Source: Candidatus Moraniibacteriota bacterium (lineage in GTDB: Bacteria; Patescibacteriota; Minisyncoccia; Moranbacterales; UBA1568). Taken from it: a DNA stretch of 64,000 nucleotides. The notes below the pieces were generated by a model, which was not told the DNA's origin, ran no database searches, and worked only from the letters and a program-made list of their open reading frames with translations. The stretch covers positions 21,166 to 85,165 of the forward strand of contig JAAXXZ010000002.1 of NCBI GenBank assembly GCA_013334245.1, written 5' to 3'. Shown here piece after piece: positions 28,889 through 38,122 of this stretch (the first letter of the stretch is position 1; the number at the start of each line of letters is the position of its first letter). A program made the position numbers and the translations under genes.

Positions 28889-30490
28889 ATGAGGATCATC
28901 CGGAACAGGGTCTTTTTTTTGGTAAGTCTCATCGTTGCCGTGACGATGACGGTCATGTTCCTCGTGACCTCCTACTTTCTCATGAAGGGATTCGGACAGG
29001 AAGAGGTTTCCCGCGCAAACGAGGAAGCTAATCGCGCGACGGAGCTTCTTTCAAGCCAGATCGATCAGCTGAACCTGAAATTGGCCGATTGGGCCCAGTG
29101 GGACGACTCGTATGAGTTCATACAGGATTCGGATCCGGACTACATAAAGTCGAACGTGAACAACGAGGCGTTGAAGATTCTCGGCATCGAGTCGATGATC
29201 TTCGTCAATGATGAAGGGCGGATCGTCCAATCTCTCAGTATCGACCCCGAGACCGGGACCGAGATGTCGTTGCCGCGCGGCTTGGAGGAGCACCTTCGGA
29301 AGGGGGATTTCCTCGTCAGCCACGAGGATGTAAAGAGTGCGAAGAAGGGCGTGCTCAATCTCGATGATGGGCCCGTCATGGTCGCGTCTCAGCCTGTCGT
29401 GAAAAGCGACGGTGAGGGGCCTGCGAAGGGTACGATCGTTTTTGTCAGTTATCTTGATAAGAAGTGGCAGAAGGATTTTACGGGTATCATCCATTTTCCG
29501 TTTTCAGTCGCATCGTTCCGTGATCCGAGGCTTTCACGCGAATTTTCCCAGGCCAAAGCCGGGCTTTCCGCGGACCGGCCCGTAACGGTCACAGAGCTGA
29601 ACGATGAGACTCTTGCCGTGTTCGGGCTGATGCCGGACGTATACGGTGAGCCGGGACTGCTGTTTCGGATGGAGATTTCCCGGGACATGCATCAGCAGGG
29701 TATGCGGACCTTGTACGTTTTCGCTTTCCTGCTCGCGGCGATAGGCCTGTTGTTTTTCTTCTCGCTCTCCTCGCTTCTGCGTCGTGAGGTCCTCGCGAGG
29801 CTTGAACAATTGTCGGAGGTCGTTTCCGAGATACGGCTTTCCGGAGGCTCGAAGATTCCCCATATTTCAATTTCTGGAGACGATGAGATCGCACAGCTGG
29901 CCGAAAAAATCAACGAGATGGTCGACGTATTGCGCAAGACGAAGTTGCGCGGCGAGGAGAGCGAACGGCGTTTTCAGACGATCGCCGATACGACCCCTAT
30001 CATGATCTGGATGTCGGACAAAACAGGGCTGTTCACATATTTGAACAAGGGGTGGCTTGAATATACGGGAAGAGAGTTCGATGACGTGATCGGGGAGGGA
30101 TATATGCAGGATATCCACATTCTCGATCGGGAGAAGGCCGTTGCCGCGTATCGTGAGGCATTCGAGAAGAGGCGGCCGTTCCGCACGGAGTTCCGATTGA
30201 GGCGGCATGATGGCGAATATCGGTACATGTTGGGAAACGGCGTGCCATACTATGCCGCACTCGGGGAGTTCCTCGGGTATGTGGGTGTGTGTTTTGATAT
30301 ACAGGACCGGCATGCCGTGGAGATGAAGCGTGAGGAGCGTATCGAGGAAGTCGAAAAACTGAACGCGGTCATGATCAGCCGCGAGCTTCGTATGGTCGAG
30401 CTCAAGGAGGAAGTGAAGCGTCTGCGCAAGGAGCTGGACGAAATGGGCGCGGCGATGTCACGTAAGAAGTCGGGAAGATCGGAAAAGTGA
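28889..30490 (+). CDS. CHASE4-HAMP-PAS sensor with no kinase domain
   Basis: DWAQWDDSYEF (CHASE4), GDDEIAQLA (HAMP), PAS EFRLRRHDGEYR, C-terminal coiled coil. Confidence 0.85.
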   Translation: MRIIRNRVFFLVSLIVAVTMTVMFLVTSYFLMKGFGQEEVSRANEEANRATELLSSQIDQLNLKLADWAQWDDSYEFIQDSDPDYIKSNVNNEALKILGIESMIFVNDEGRIVQSLSIDPETGTEMSLPRGLEEHLRKGDFLVSHEDVKSAKKGVLNLDDGPVMVASQPVVKSDGEGPAKGTIVFVSYLDKKWQKDFTGIIHFPFSVASFRDPRLSREFSQAKAGLSADRPVTVTELNDETLAVFGLMPDVYGEPGLLFRMEISRDMHQQGMRTLYVFAFLLAAIGLLFFFSLSSLLRREVLARLEQLSEVVSEIRLSGGSKIPHISISGDDEIAQLAEKINEMVDVLRKTKLRGEESERRFQTIADTTPIMIWMSDKTGLFTYLNKGWLEYTGREFDDVIGEGYMQDIHILDREKAVAAYREAFEKRRPFRTEFRLRRHDGEYRYMLGNGVPYYAALGEFLGYVGVCFDIQDRHAVEMKREERIEEVEKLNAVMISRELRMVELKEEVKRLRKELDEMGAAMSRKKSGRSEK

Positions 30491-32280
30491 GCACTCATAT
30501 GGAAACAGGAACGACAAAAGTCGGCGCTTCGGGGCGAAGGATGTCCCCCCGGTCGCTCGATGCCGTGTCTGTCGCAAAAAACTCAGACAAAAAATTGGTA
30601 ATATCCGATGATGTGAACAGTGGCGATGTCGAGGACGTCGTATCGCTTGCTGAGCTGGAATCCCGCAACAGGACCCTTCGGAATACCGAGCGTGCCATCA
30701 TGAATGTTCTGGAGGATACGCTTGAAATCCAGGAGAAATATCGGTACGAGGCCGAGGAGCTTCGGAAGTTCCGCATGGCTGTTGACAATAGTCCTATCCA
30801 TACGGTGATAACGGATATCGACGGTCTTATCCTGTATGCCAACGATGCCGTCGAAAGGACAACGGGATATACCGCGGAGGAGATGTTCGGTGAGACGCCG
30901 CGACTGTGGGGGAAGCAGATGCCGATCGAATTCTATGAGGATCTCTGGAAAACCATAAAAACCCTCAAGAAGCCGTTTTTCAGCGAGATTACGAACAAAC
31001 GGAAAAATGGACGGCAGTATATAGTGGACGCGGGAATTTTTCCGTTGCTCGATGAGAAGGGAGACGTGAGTTTTTTTGTCGGGGTCGAGCGGGACGTCAC
31101 TCCCGAAAAGCGGTATCAGGAAGAGTTGCTTGCTCAGGCATCGGTTCTCGAAAAGACGAATATTGAAATCCTGAAGGAGAAGGAGCGCGCCGAAGGAGTG
31201 CTACGGTTCCTGCGCTCCATCGGCAGCGGGGTATTCGCGACCGATCGTGAAGGAAGAATCGTATTCATGAACAAGTCGGCGGAAGATCTGACGGGATATC
31301 CGGTGTCCGACACCGAAGGAAGCCATTATTCGAAGATATTCTGCTTTTCGTTCGAACATAATCGTACGCCGGGCTGTGCGAGAATAGTCGAGGAGGCTAT
31401 CGATGAAAATCGGTCGGATCGGGGCGGCGCGACCCGTATCGTCATTACCCGTCGGGATGGGGAGGAAGTTCCCGTCACGTATACGGCCGCGCCGATACGC
31501 GATGCGGAGGGGGTGGCGATCGGCTGCATCGTGACGTTGGAAGACGCGAGCCGGGACCGGCAGACGGAAGCCCTCCGTGATGACTTTCTTTCGGTCGCGG
31601 CTCATCAGCTTCGTACTCCGCTTACCGGCATCCGCTGGGGACTCGAGTTGCTGCTCGAAGAGAAAGACGTTCCCGAATCCGTCCGGAAAGAGTTGACCAA
31701 GATCCACGAAAGCAGCCGTCAGATGTCGTACCTCATTGACGGACTTATCGATGAGTCAAGGTTGGACCAGGTGATCCGCACGGAAATGCCCGAGTGCGTC
31801 GATCCGGCCAATATCGTGGCGGAAGTGGTGGACGGCTTGCGTTCCGAGGCGAAACGGATCGGAACGAAAATGTCGTTGCATTCCGAGGGAAAGGGTGGGG
31901 CCATGGTCGTCCCACGCGCCGGATTGTTGGAGGTCGTGCGAAATATCGTTTCGAATGCCGTGAAATACAGTCGCAAGGGAGGGTCGGTGGAGATAGTGAC
32001 GTCACGTAAGGACGGATATTTCCTCGTGAGCGTCGCAGACAGCGGCATAGGGATACCGAAGAGCGAACAGGACCGCGTATTCTCGAAATTCTTCCGGGCG
32101 ACGAATGCCGTACTGAAGGAAAGCGAGGGTGCCGGAATCGGGCTTTCGGCGGTGAAGTCATTTCTTGACGGGATGGGCGGTCGGATCTGGTTTGAGAGCG
32201 AGGAGGGCGTCGGTACGACGTTTTACGTCGAGGTTCCCGATCTGTCGGCTTCGAAACATGGGAAGCGTAAGGCAAAATGA
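30487..32280 (+). CDS. Cytoplasmic PAS-PAS histidine kinase
   Basis: AAHQLRTPLT H-box, NAVKYS, DSGIGI, GIGL, GVGTTF. Confidence 0.93.
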   Translation: MSTHMETGTTKVGASGRRMSPRSLDAVSVAKNSDKKLVISDDVNSGDVEDVVSLAELESRNRTLRNTERAIMNVLEDTLEIQEKYRYEAEELRKFRMAVDNSPIHTVITDIDGLILYANDAVERTTGYTAEEMFGETPRLWGKQMPIEFYEDLWKTIKTLKKPFFSEITNKRKNGRQYIVDAGIFPLLDEKGDVSFFVGVERDVTPEKRYQEELLAQASVLEKTNIEILKEKERAEGVLRFLRSIGSGVFATDREGRIVFMNKSAEDLTGYPVSDTEGSHYSKIFCFSFEHNRTPGCARIVEEAIDENRSDRGGATRIVITRRDGEEVPVTYTAAPIRDAEGVAIGCIVTLEDASRDRQTEALRDDFLSVAAHQLRTPLTGIRWGLELLLEEKDVPESVRKELTKIHESSRQMSYLIDGLIDESRLDQVIRTEMPECVDPANIVAEVVDGLRSEAKRIGTKMSLHSEGKGGAMVVPRAGLLEVVRNIVSNAVKYSRKGGSVEIVTSRKDGYFLVSVADSGIGIPKSEQDRVFSKFFRATNAVLKESEGAGIGLSAVKSFLDGMGGRIWFESEEGVGTTFYVEVPDLSASKHGKRKAK

Positions 32281-32369
32281 ATCAAAGCGGTCTTTTCGTG
32301 GAAGGGTGAGTGAAGCGGCGCAAGGCGACAGGGCATAATTTTGTCGAAATAAGTATTCCAAGAACGCGT

Positions 32370-32747
32370 ATGGCGTCAACGAAAGGAAATGTGTTAGTCG
32401 TCGAAGACGACGAGTTTATCTCTGCAATCTATGAGAAGAAGCTGACGACGGAGGGATATTCGGTCAGATTGGCGAAAAACGGCGAAGAGGCGCTTCGGAT
32501 GATGCGCGAGGAACGGCCAGACGTCGTCTTGCTCGATATTATTATGCCGATAAAGGACGGGTTTGATACGTTGACGGAGATGCGGGCGGACGAACACCTG
32601 AAAGACATACGAGTGGCTGTGCTTTCGAATCTGAGCGATGACCGTGAAATGGGTCGTATGAAAGAGCTTCACGCGATAGACTACCTCGTCAAGGCGAACG
32701 TGTCGGTTCAGGAACTGGCTGGGAAGGTCGCGGCCTATATTGGCTGA
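32370..32747 (+). CDS. Single-domain response regulator
   Basis: VVEDD, LLDIIMP..DG, LSN, YLVK. Confidence 0.9.
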   Translation: MASTKGNVLVVEDDEFISAIYEKKLTTEGYSVRLAKNGEEALRMMREERPDVVLLDIIMPIKDGFDTLTEMRADEHLKDIRVAVLSNLSDDREMGRMKELHAIDYLVKANVSVQELAGKVAAYIG

Positions 32748-32772
32748 ATTGGCGACGGAAAAGGGAACGAGT

Positions 32773-33846
32773 ATGTCTGAAGTATTCCATGTCAAACGCC
32801 GACAGATCGGCGCACTGTATCGGCTGTGTGCGTTGTTCGTATTCGTTTTCCCGGCGAGTGCGAATTATCAGCTGCAGGGATACGGATTCGGAAGCGGAGG
32901 GGAGGAGAATGCGACGTCGGCGAATTACGCGCTGGACGCCATGACCGGTGAGACCGGAGCGAGCAATCTGGTTGGAGCGAATTATTCTCTGGGCGCCGGG
33001 CTTTCGTTTGCCCAGCAGGCGGATGTGCCGGCTGCCCCGACGTTCACGAATCCGAGCAATTATTACAACAAGCTCCATCTCGTCATCAATACGTCCGGCA
33101 ACGCGAGCGATGCACTCTTTGCGATCGCCATCAGCACGGACGGTTTTGCGACCACGAACTACGTGAAAAGCGACCATACGGTCGGTGCCACGCTCACGCT
33201 TTCCGACTATCAGACCTATGCGGCCTGGGGCGGCGCAACGGGTATCGATGTTATCGGACTCACCGCAAATACGACGTACCAGGTGAAGGCCAAGGCCATG
33301 CACGGCAAATTCACGGAAACCGGATACGGTCCGACTGCGAGCGCGGCCACCGTCAATCCGACGCTTTCCTTCGGTATCACGACCGATACGCAATCGAGCC
33401 CGCCGTTTTCCGTCGATTTCGGCGTCATGGTTCCCGGATCGGTCAATACGAGTCCTCATCAGGTCAACGTCACCATGAATACGAACGGGGCGAACGGGGG
33501 ACAGGTATACCTATCCGGTGCTAATGCTGGTTTGCGGAGTGCCGGCGTCAGTTACACGATCGCCGCGGTGTCCGGAAACCTCTCGTCGCTGTCCGAAGGA
33601 TTCGGCGCACAGGGGATTTCCGCGACCCAGACATCCGGTGGCCCGTTCACGATCGCGACGCTTTACAATCAGGGGAGTGATATCGTTGGCATCACCGATA
33701 CGAACGTGCGGACCATTTTCACCAGCGCGGGACCTGTGGTCGGCGCAGCCGGATCGTTCAATTTCAAGGCGAAGCCGTCCTCGATCGCACCCGCCGCAAG
33801 CGATTATTCGGAAACGCTGACGATAGTGGCAGCGGGTAGTTTCTGA
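32773..33846 (+). CDS. Secreted beta-rich protein with FN3-like region and WxL/Csu-like C-terminus
   Basis: Signal peptide (..PASA), GLTANTTYQVK, ends DYSETLTIVAAGSF. Confidence 0.7.
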   Translation: MSEVFHVKRRQIGALYRLCALFVFVFPASANYQLQGYGFGSGGEENATSANYALDAMTGETGASNLVGANYSLGAGLSFAQQADVPAAPTFTNPSNYYNKLHLVINTSGNASDALFAIAISTDGFATTNYVKSDHTVGATLTLSDYQTYAAWGGATGIDVIGLTANTTYQVKAKAMHGKFTETGYGPTASAATVNPTLSFGITTDTQSSPPFSVDFGVMVPGSVNTSPHQVNVTMNTNGANGGQVYLSGANAGLRSAGVSYTIAAVSGNLSSLSEGFGAQGISATQTSGGPFTIATLYNQGSDIVGITDTNVRTIFTSAGPVVGAAGSFNFKAKPSSIAPAASDYSETLTIVAAGSF

Positions 33847-33947
33847 TCGATGTGACTCAAATGATTCTTAGCGACGGTTTTGGACGCTTGTCGAAATAAG
33901 TGCTATAATTTCACCAAGATTTCCGAAACGCAAAGTCGCAAACGAGT

Positions 33948-34997
33948 ATGGAATTCAAAGGAAAGAAAATCGTCTCGATAATCGGCGTGGTCGCCATCCT
34001 CGTGGCGATAGTGGCGCCGATCGTGATGATTCAGAACGCGAAAGCTTCCGGTCTTACGCAGGCATACGTACGTCTGGATCGACTGAAGACCGCGACCGCG
34101 ACTACGGGTTTGGTGTGCGCGCGACCGACGACCGCAACGACAACGAATATTGATGTCGCAGTCACTTTTCCGACCGTTGCCGTTACGAATTATATCGTCA
34201 GTTCGACGGCATCGAAATGGGCGGCAACCGGTTCCAATATCCCAACAGGAACGACTGCATGGCCGGGAATAGCATCGGCCACGGTGACAGTTTCCGGGCA
34301 AAAGGTCACGTGGACCTATGCTGCACAGACGCTCAATACCGGTACGACATATTGCTTCACGTGGGCAGATTCGACGGCACTGACGACGTCAGCTGCCGGA
34401 GTGGATCAGTTGGGTCTTATCGAGCTGCATAATACCGGTCCGACGCTTACGGATTCCTCACAATATGCGCTTTCAATCATCGCCAACGATCAGGTATTGA
34501 TTACCGGTACGGTAAATCCAACCTTTACCTTCAGTCTCTCACAGACTTCTACCTCGTTCTCCAGTATCGGTACATCCGTAGTCAATGCCAGTCCGACTCC
34601 CGTCGTCTCGGTTACGACCAATGCGAGGAACGGATATACGGCCTGGGTGCAGGACGCAAATAATGGAACGCTGAATTCGGCTGGTGCAAGTACCAATATT
34701 CCCGCTCCGGGCGCTGTCGGTTCGAATTACGATCTGGCGACACTGACGGCTAACGGCGCGTTCGGACTCGGTGTCACCGTAAGCGGCGGCAGTACGACTG
34801 CGGCTACGGAATACAACGGGGCTACGACGGGTCATGCCGGAGCATTGTCCACGTCTTTTCGACCGATGGCTTCCTCGACGACAGTTTCAGCAGGGGATAC
34901 GATAACGATGATTCCACGAGCTATCGCGAAAAGCACACAGGCACCGGCCAACGACTATACGGATACGCTGACGGTAGTTGCTGCCGGACAATTCTAA
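33948..34997 (+). CDS. Secreted Thr/Ala-rich protein, putative major fibre subunit
   Basis: Signal peptide (..NAKA), V.TNA.NGY, ends DYTDTLTVVAAGQF; own promoter and terminator (about 35013-35040). Confidence 0.7.
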   Translation: MEFKGKKIVSIIGVVAILVAIVAPIVMIQNAKASGLTQAYVRLDRLKTATATTGLVCARPTTATTTNIDVAVTFPTVAVTNYIVSSTASKWAATGSNIPTGTTAWPGIASATVTVSGQKVTWTYAAQTLNTGTTYCFTWADSTALTTSAAGVDQLGLIELHNTGPTLTDSSQYALSIIANDQVLITGTVNPTFTFSLSQTSTSFSSIGTSVVNASPTPVVSVTTNARNGYTAWVQDANNGTLNSAGASTNIPAPGAVGSNYDLATLTANGAFGLGVTVSGGSTTAATEYNGATTGHAGALSTSFRPMASSTTVSAGDTITMIPRAIAKSTQAPANDYTDTLTVVAAGQF

Positions 34998-35087
34998 AGC
35001 CTGAAGGCCTCTAAGGCCCCGGAGAAGTCCGGGGCTTTTTAATAACGAAAAATGGTGTATAATTGGGGCATTACAGATATCATCCCT

Positions 35088-36182
35088 ATGATCCAAAACT
35101 TCTTCCGAAGAATCGGAACAGTCGGGGTTCTCGTTACGTCTCTTATTTGCTTCTACCCGATTGCCTCTCAGGCACAATCAACCGGCGAACTGCGTCTGAC
35201 CACATCGCCATTGCCAATCAATCTGAAGGTGGCGCCGGGATCGTCGGTGTCCGCGCCTATCAAGATTAAGAATGACGGGAATCTGAACGAGAATCTCAAG
35301 GTGATTCTGATGAAGTTCAAGGCGGATTCGGATACCGGCGTAGCGCAGTTGGTGGAGCGCGGGCCTTCGGACAGCTATTTCGATTGGGTCACCTTTTCCG
35401 ATCCGACGTTCACACTGACTCCGAACGAGTGGAAGACCGTCACCGCGACGTTCAATGTCCCGTCGACGGCGGCGTTCGACTATTACTACGCCATCGTCTT
35501 TTTCCGGGCGGATCAGCAGGTCGGTGCCGGAGATCGGCAAGCGGTTCTCAATGGGGGCACGGCAACGCTTGTATTGCTGACCGCCGACGTACCGAACGCG
35601 AAGAAGCAGTTGAATCTTGATTCGTTCTCCGTTGACAAGAACATCTTTGAGTTTCTGCCGGCGACATTCGATGTCCGAATCAGGAATACCGGTGATGTCC
35701 ATGTGATTCCACACGGGAACATCTTCATCAGCGATCAGGGCGGGAAGGATGTCGCCACGCTCAACGTCAACGATACACAGGGCTCCATACTTCCGGACTC
35801 GCCGCGTGATTTTCAATCGGCTTGGAGTGACGGTTTCCCAAAATACGTTTTTAAGGAAGAGAACGGAGTGAAGACGAAAGATTCCAAAGGGAATCCGATT
35901 CAGGAACTGAACTGGAACTGGGCAGATGCCGCGAAACTGCGGTGGGGAAAATATACCGCGAAGATGGTCATGGTGTATGACGACGGCCGTCGGGACGTAC
36001 CGATCGAAGCTGAGGCCTCCTTCTGGGTCATACCGTGGAGACTGATCGGTGGATCGCTGGTGATACTCCTGCTCGTCCTCATCGGATTGAGATCGGCCCT
36101 GCTCAATTTCTGGAACCGACTGCGGCGTGTTTCCGGCGGGAAGTCGGGCACCGGAAGCGGAACGGGACAGAAGAAGAAATAA
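35088..36182 (+). CDS. DUF916/DUF3324-like membrane-anchored Ig-fold protein
   Basis: Signal peptide, RNTGDVHVIPHG.I, ILP..R.F...W, GKY.A, C-terminal TM with basic tail. Confidence 0.7.
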   Translation: MIQNFFRRIGTVGVLVTSLICFYPIASQAQSTGELRLTTSPLPINLKVAPGSSVSAPIKIKNDGNLNENLKVILMKFKADSDTGVAQLVERGPSDSYFDWVTFSDPTFTLTPNEWKTVTATFNVPSTAAFDYYYAIVFFRADQQVGAGDRQAVLNGGTATLVLLTADVPNAKKQLNLDSFSVDKNIFEFLPATFDVRIRNTGDVHVIPHGNIFISDQGGKDVATLNVNDTQGSILPDSPRDFQSAWSDGFPKYVFKEENGVKTKDSKGNPIQELNWNWADAAKLRWGKYTAKMVMVYDDGRRDVPIEAEASFWVIPWRLIGGSLVILLLVLIGLRSALLNFWNRLRRVSGGKSGTGSGTGQKKK

Positions 36183-36322
36183 CACCGTGTAAGAGTCGTC
36201 GCGACACATCAGATCGGCTATCTACGTAGCCGATTTGATTGTCACTGGTATACTTGAAGATATCGACGCGGGGTGAACGGCGGATTCGGATCCGTACATG
36301 CGTCGAAGAATGATCAAACGAT

Positions 36323-37249
36323 ATGAAGCATGTATTTTCAGTGTCGGTACTGCTCGCAGGGCTTTTCCTTCCCCTTCCATTTTCAAGATGTTTCGCCGAG
36401 TCGGCTCCCGCATCCGGATTCACTATCAGTCCGTTCTATCGGGAAATAGACATCCAAAAGAGTCAGGAAAGGGTTTCCTTCGCGATCGACGTGACGAATA
36501 ATTCCCAACAGATCGCGGAATTCCGCGTTTCAGTGCTCGATTTCGGCGCGCTCGACGAGACGGGCGGCGTCGCCTTTCTGGGATCATCGGATTCTTTGAA
36601 GTATGCACTCGCTTCCTGGGTGCAACTTGAGAACGATACGCTCCTTATCAAGGCCGGCGAGACCCAGACCGTCAGGGGGTATGTCGAAAACAGGGATTCC
36701 CTGTCACCCGGGGGTCATTACGGGGCGATTTATCTGAAATCCGAAGGGCCGGGTGTCTCCGCTGAAACGCGCCGGAATGTCGCCTTCGACCCGTCCATGG
36801 CATCGCTCCTGTTCGTCCGTAAAGTCGGCGGCGAGGTATACGATATGCGGCTTGATGGTCGGGAGTATCCGCAGTCGCTTTTCACACTTCCATCGTCGGT
36901 CACGCTTCGGTTTCAAAATATCGGAAACGTGCATGTCATACCGCGCGGAACGGTCAAGATCACAGATCCTCTCGGTCGTGTCGTGCGGAGCGGGGTTATC
37001 AATGAGCAGTCTGGTATCGTCCTGCCGGAGGCGTTCCGGAAGCTGTCGGCGAACCTGATGCGTGTGGAAACGCCTTTCATCCCCGGCCGATACACCGTGA
37101 CGATCGGCTACCGGTATGACGGAAAGGATTCAACCGACAGCAATATATCGGATTATATCTACATACCGCCCATCTTCGCACTGGCAATGGCCGTCATTGT
37201 AGTACTATCCATGCTTACGTTCCGTTATCTGCGCGCAAAAAACGTATGA
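36323..37249 (+). CDS. Paralogous DUF916-like membrane-anchored protein
   Basis: PGGHYGAI, FQNIGNVHVIPRG.V, VLPE..R, GRY.V, C-terminal TM. Confidence 0.7.
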   Translation: MKHVFSVSVLLAGLFLPLPFSRCFAESAPASGFTISPFYREIDIQKSQERVSFAIDVTNNSQQIAEFRVSVLDFGALDETGGVAFLGSSDSLKYALASWVQLENDTLLIKAGETQTVRGYVENRDSLSPGGHYGAIYLKSEGPGVSAETRRNVAFDPSMASLLFVRKVGGEVYDMRLDGREYPQSLFTLPSSVTLRFQNIGNVHVIPRGTVKITDPLGRVVRSGVINEQSGIVLPEAFRKLSANLMRVETPFIPGRYTVTIGYRYDGKDSTDSNISDYIYIPPIFALAMAVIVVLSMLTFRYLRAKNV

Positions 37250-37845
37250 GCGAAGCAAACGTCAAGCCCGGTCGAGCAAAGCGTCTCGTGACCATTTTTC
37301 TGGTAGTTCTTTGTATTTGCGGTGCCGTCTTCCTCTACTTTTTTGCGAATCAGCCGTCGCGAGATACCAAAAAGAGCACATTGGCAACTTCGGATACCAA
37401 AACGGCGGTCCAAAAACCACAAGAAGAATTTGCAGGGAAGTACGTTTCGTTCACACATGGCGGTGATTACGTGGTCAAGACGCATGATACGGATGAGCGA
37501 GAGGGCGCCGTTATTTTGGAAAGCGCCTATCTGAGTGAAACGTCGGCATTATCAAAAAAAATCGGCTTGACGGTGCGATTTCTGCCCTCAAAGAGCGCGG
37601 ATGCTGATCCGGACTATACCATGCGACGGCAGAATCCCGATCGTTACCGGATGGATTCGTTCGATTTTGACGGGATGCAGGGAACATCGTTCACGTCCGT
37701 CGACACGGGGACATTCGAGAAGACGTGCTTTATGCGACACGGGGACAAAATGGTTTCCCTTACGCTGGGTGCTCCCGGCGCGGAAGATGCAAAAGTCGAT
37801 GCCGAGGCCGAAGCGCTCGTGCGGAGCATCCGATGGAACCAATAG
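37246..37845 (+). CDS. Membrane-anchored protein, possibly PsbP-like
   Basis: N-terminal TM; ends ALVRSIRW. Confidence 0.6.
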   Translation: MSEANVKPGRAKRLVTIFLVVLCICGAVFLYFFANQPSRDTKKSTLATSDTKTAVQKPQEEFAGKYVSFTHGGDYVVKTHDTDEREGAVILESAYLSETSALSKKIGLTVRFLPSKSADADPDYTMRRQNPDRYRMDSFDFDGMQGTSFTSVDTGTFEKTCFMRHGDKMVSLTLGAPGAEDAKVDAEAEALVRSIRWNQ

Positions 37846-38023
37846 GAACGTTCCATGAATACATAATTTTTTAAATGTGATGATGCGTTTTTGATACCGG
37901 AAATAATCTCTGATTCAAGCCAAATTTCGTCAGAAAAGGATTCAAAAAGAAGTAGACGCACTTTTTATGAATGCAAAAAGACTTTCTTCTGTCCGATTTG
38001 AGTAAGTCAACCTGATTTGAGGC

Positions 38024-38052
38024 TTGACCAAAGGATTTTTTTGCTGTATACT
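38024..38052 (+). promoter_or_regulatory. Sigma70-type promoter of the giant surface protein gene
   Basis: TTGACC-17 nt-TATACT. Confidence 0.65.
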
Positions 38053-38122
38053 GTCTCTAGAGATATATGAACGGGTGGCCCGGATTCCTTTTCCGGGCAC
38101 CCGTTTTCTTTTTGCGGCAGCT

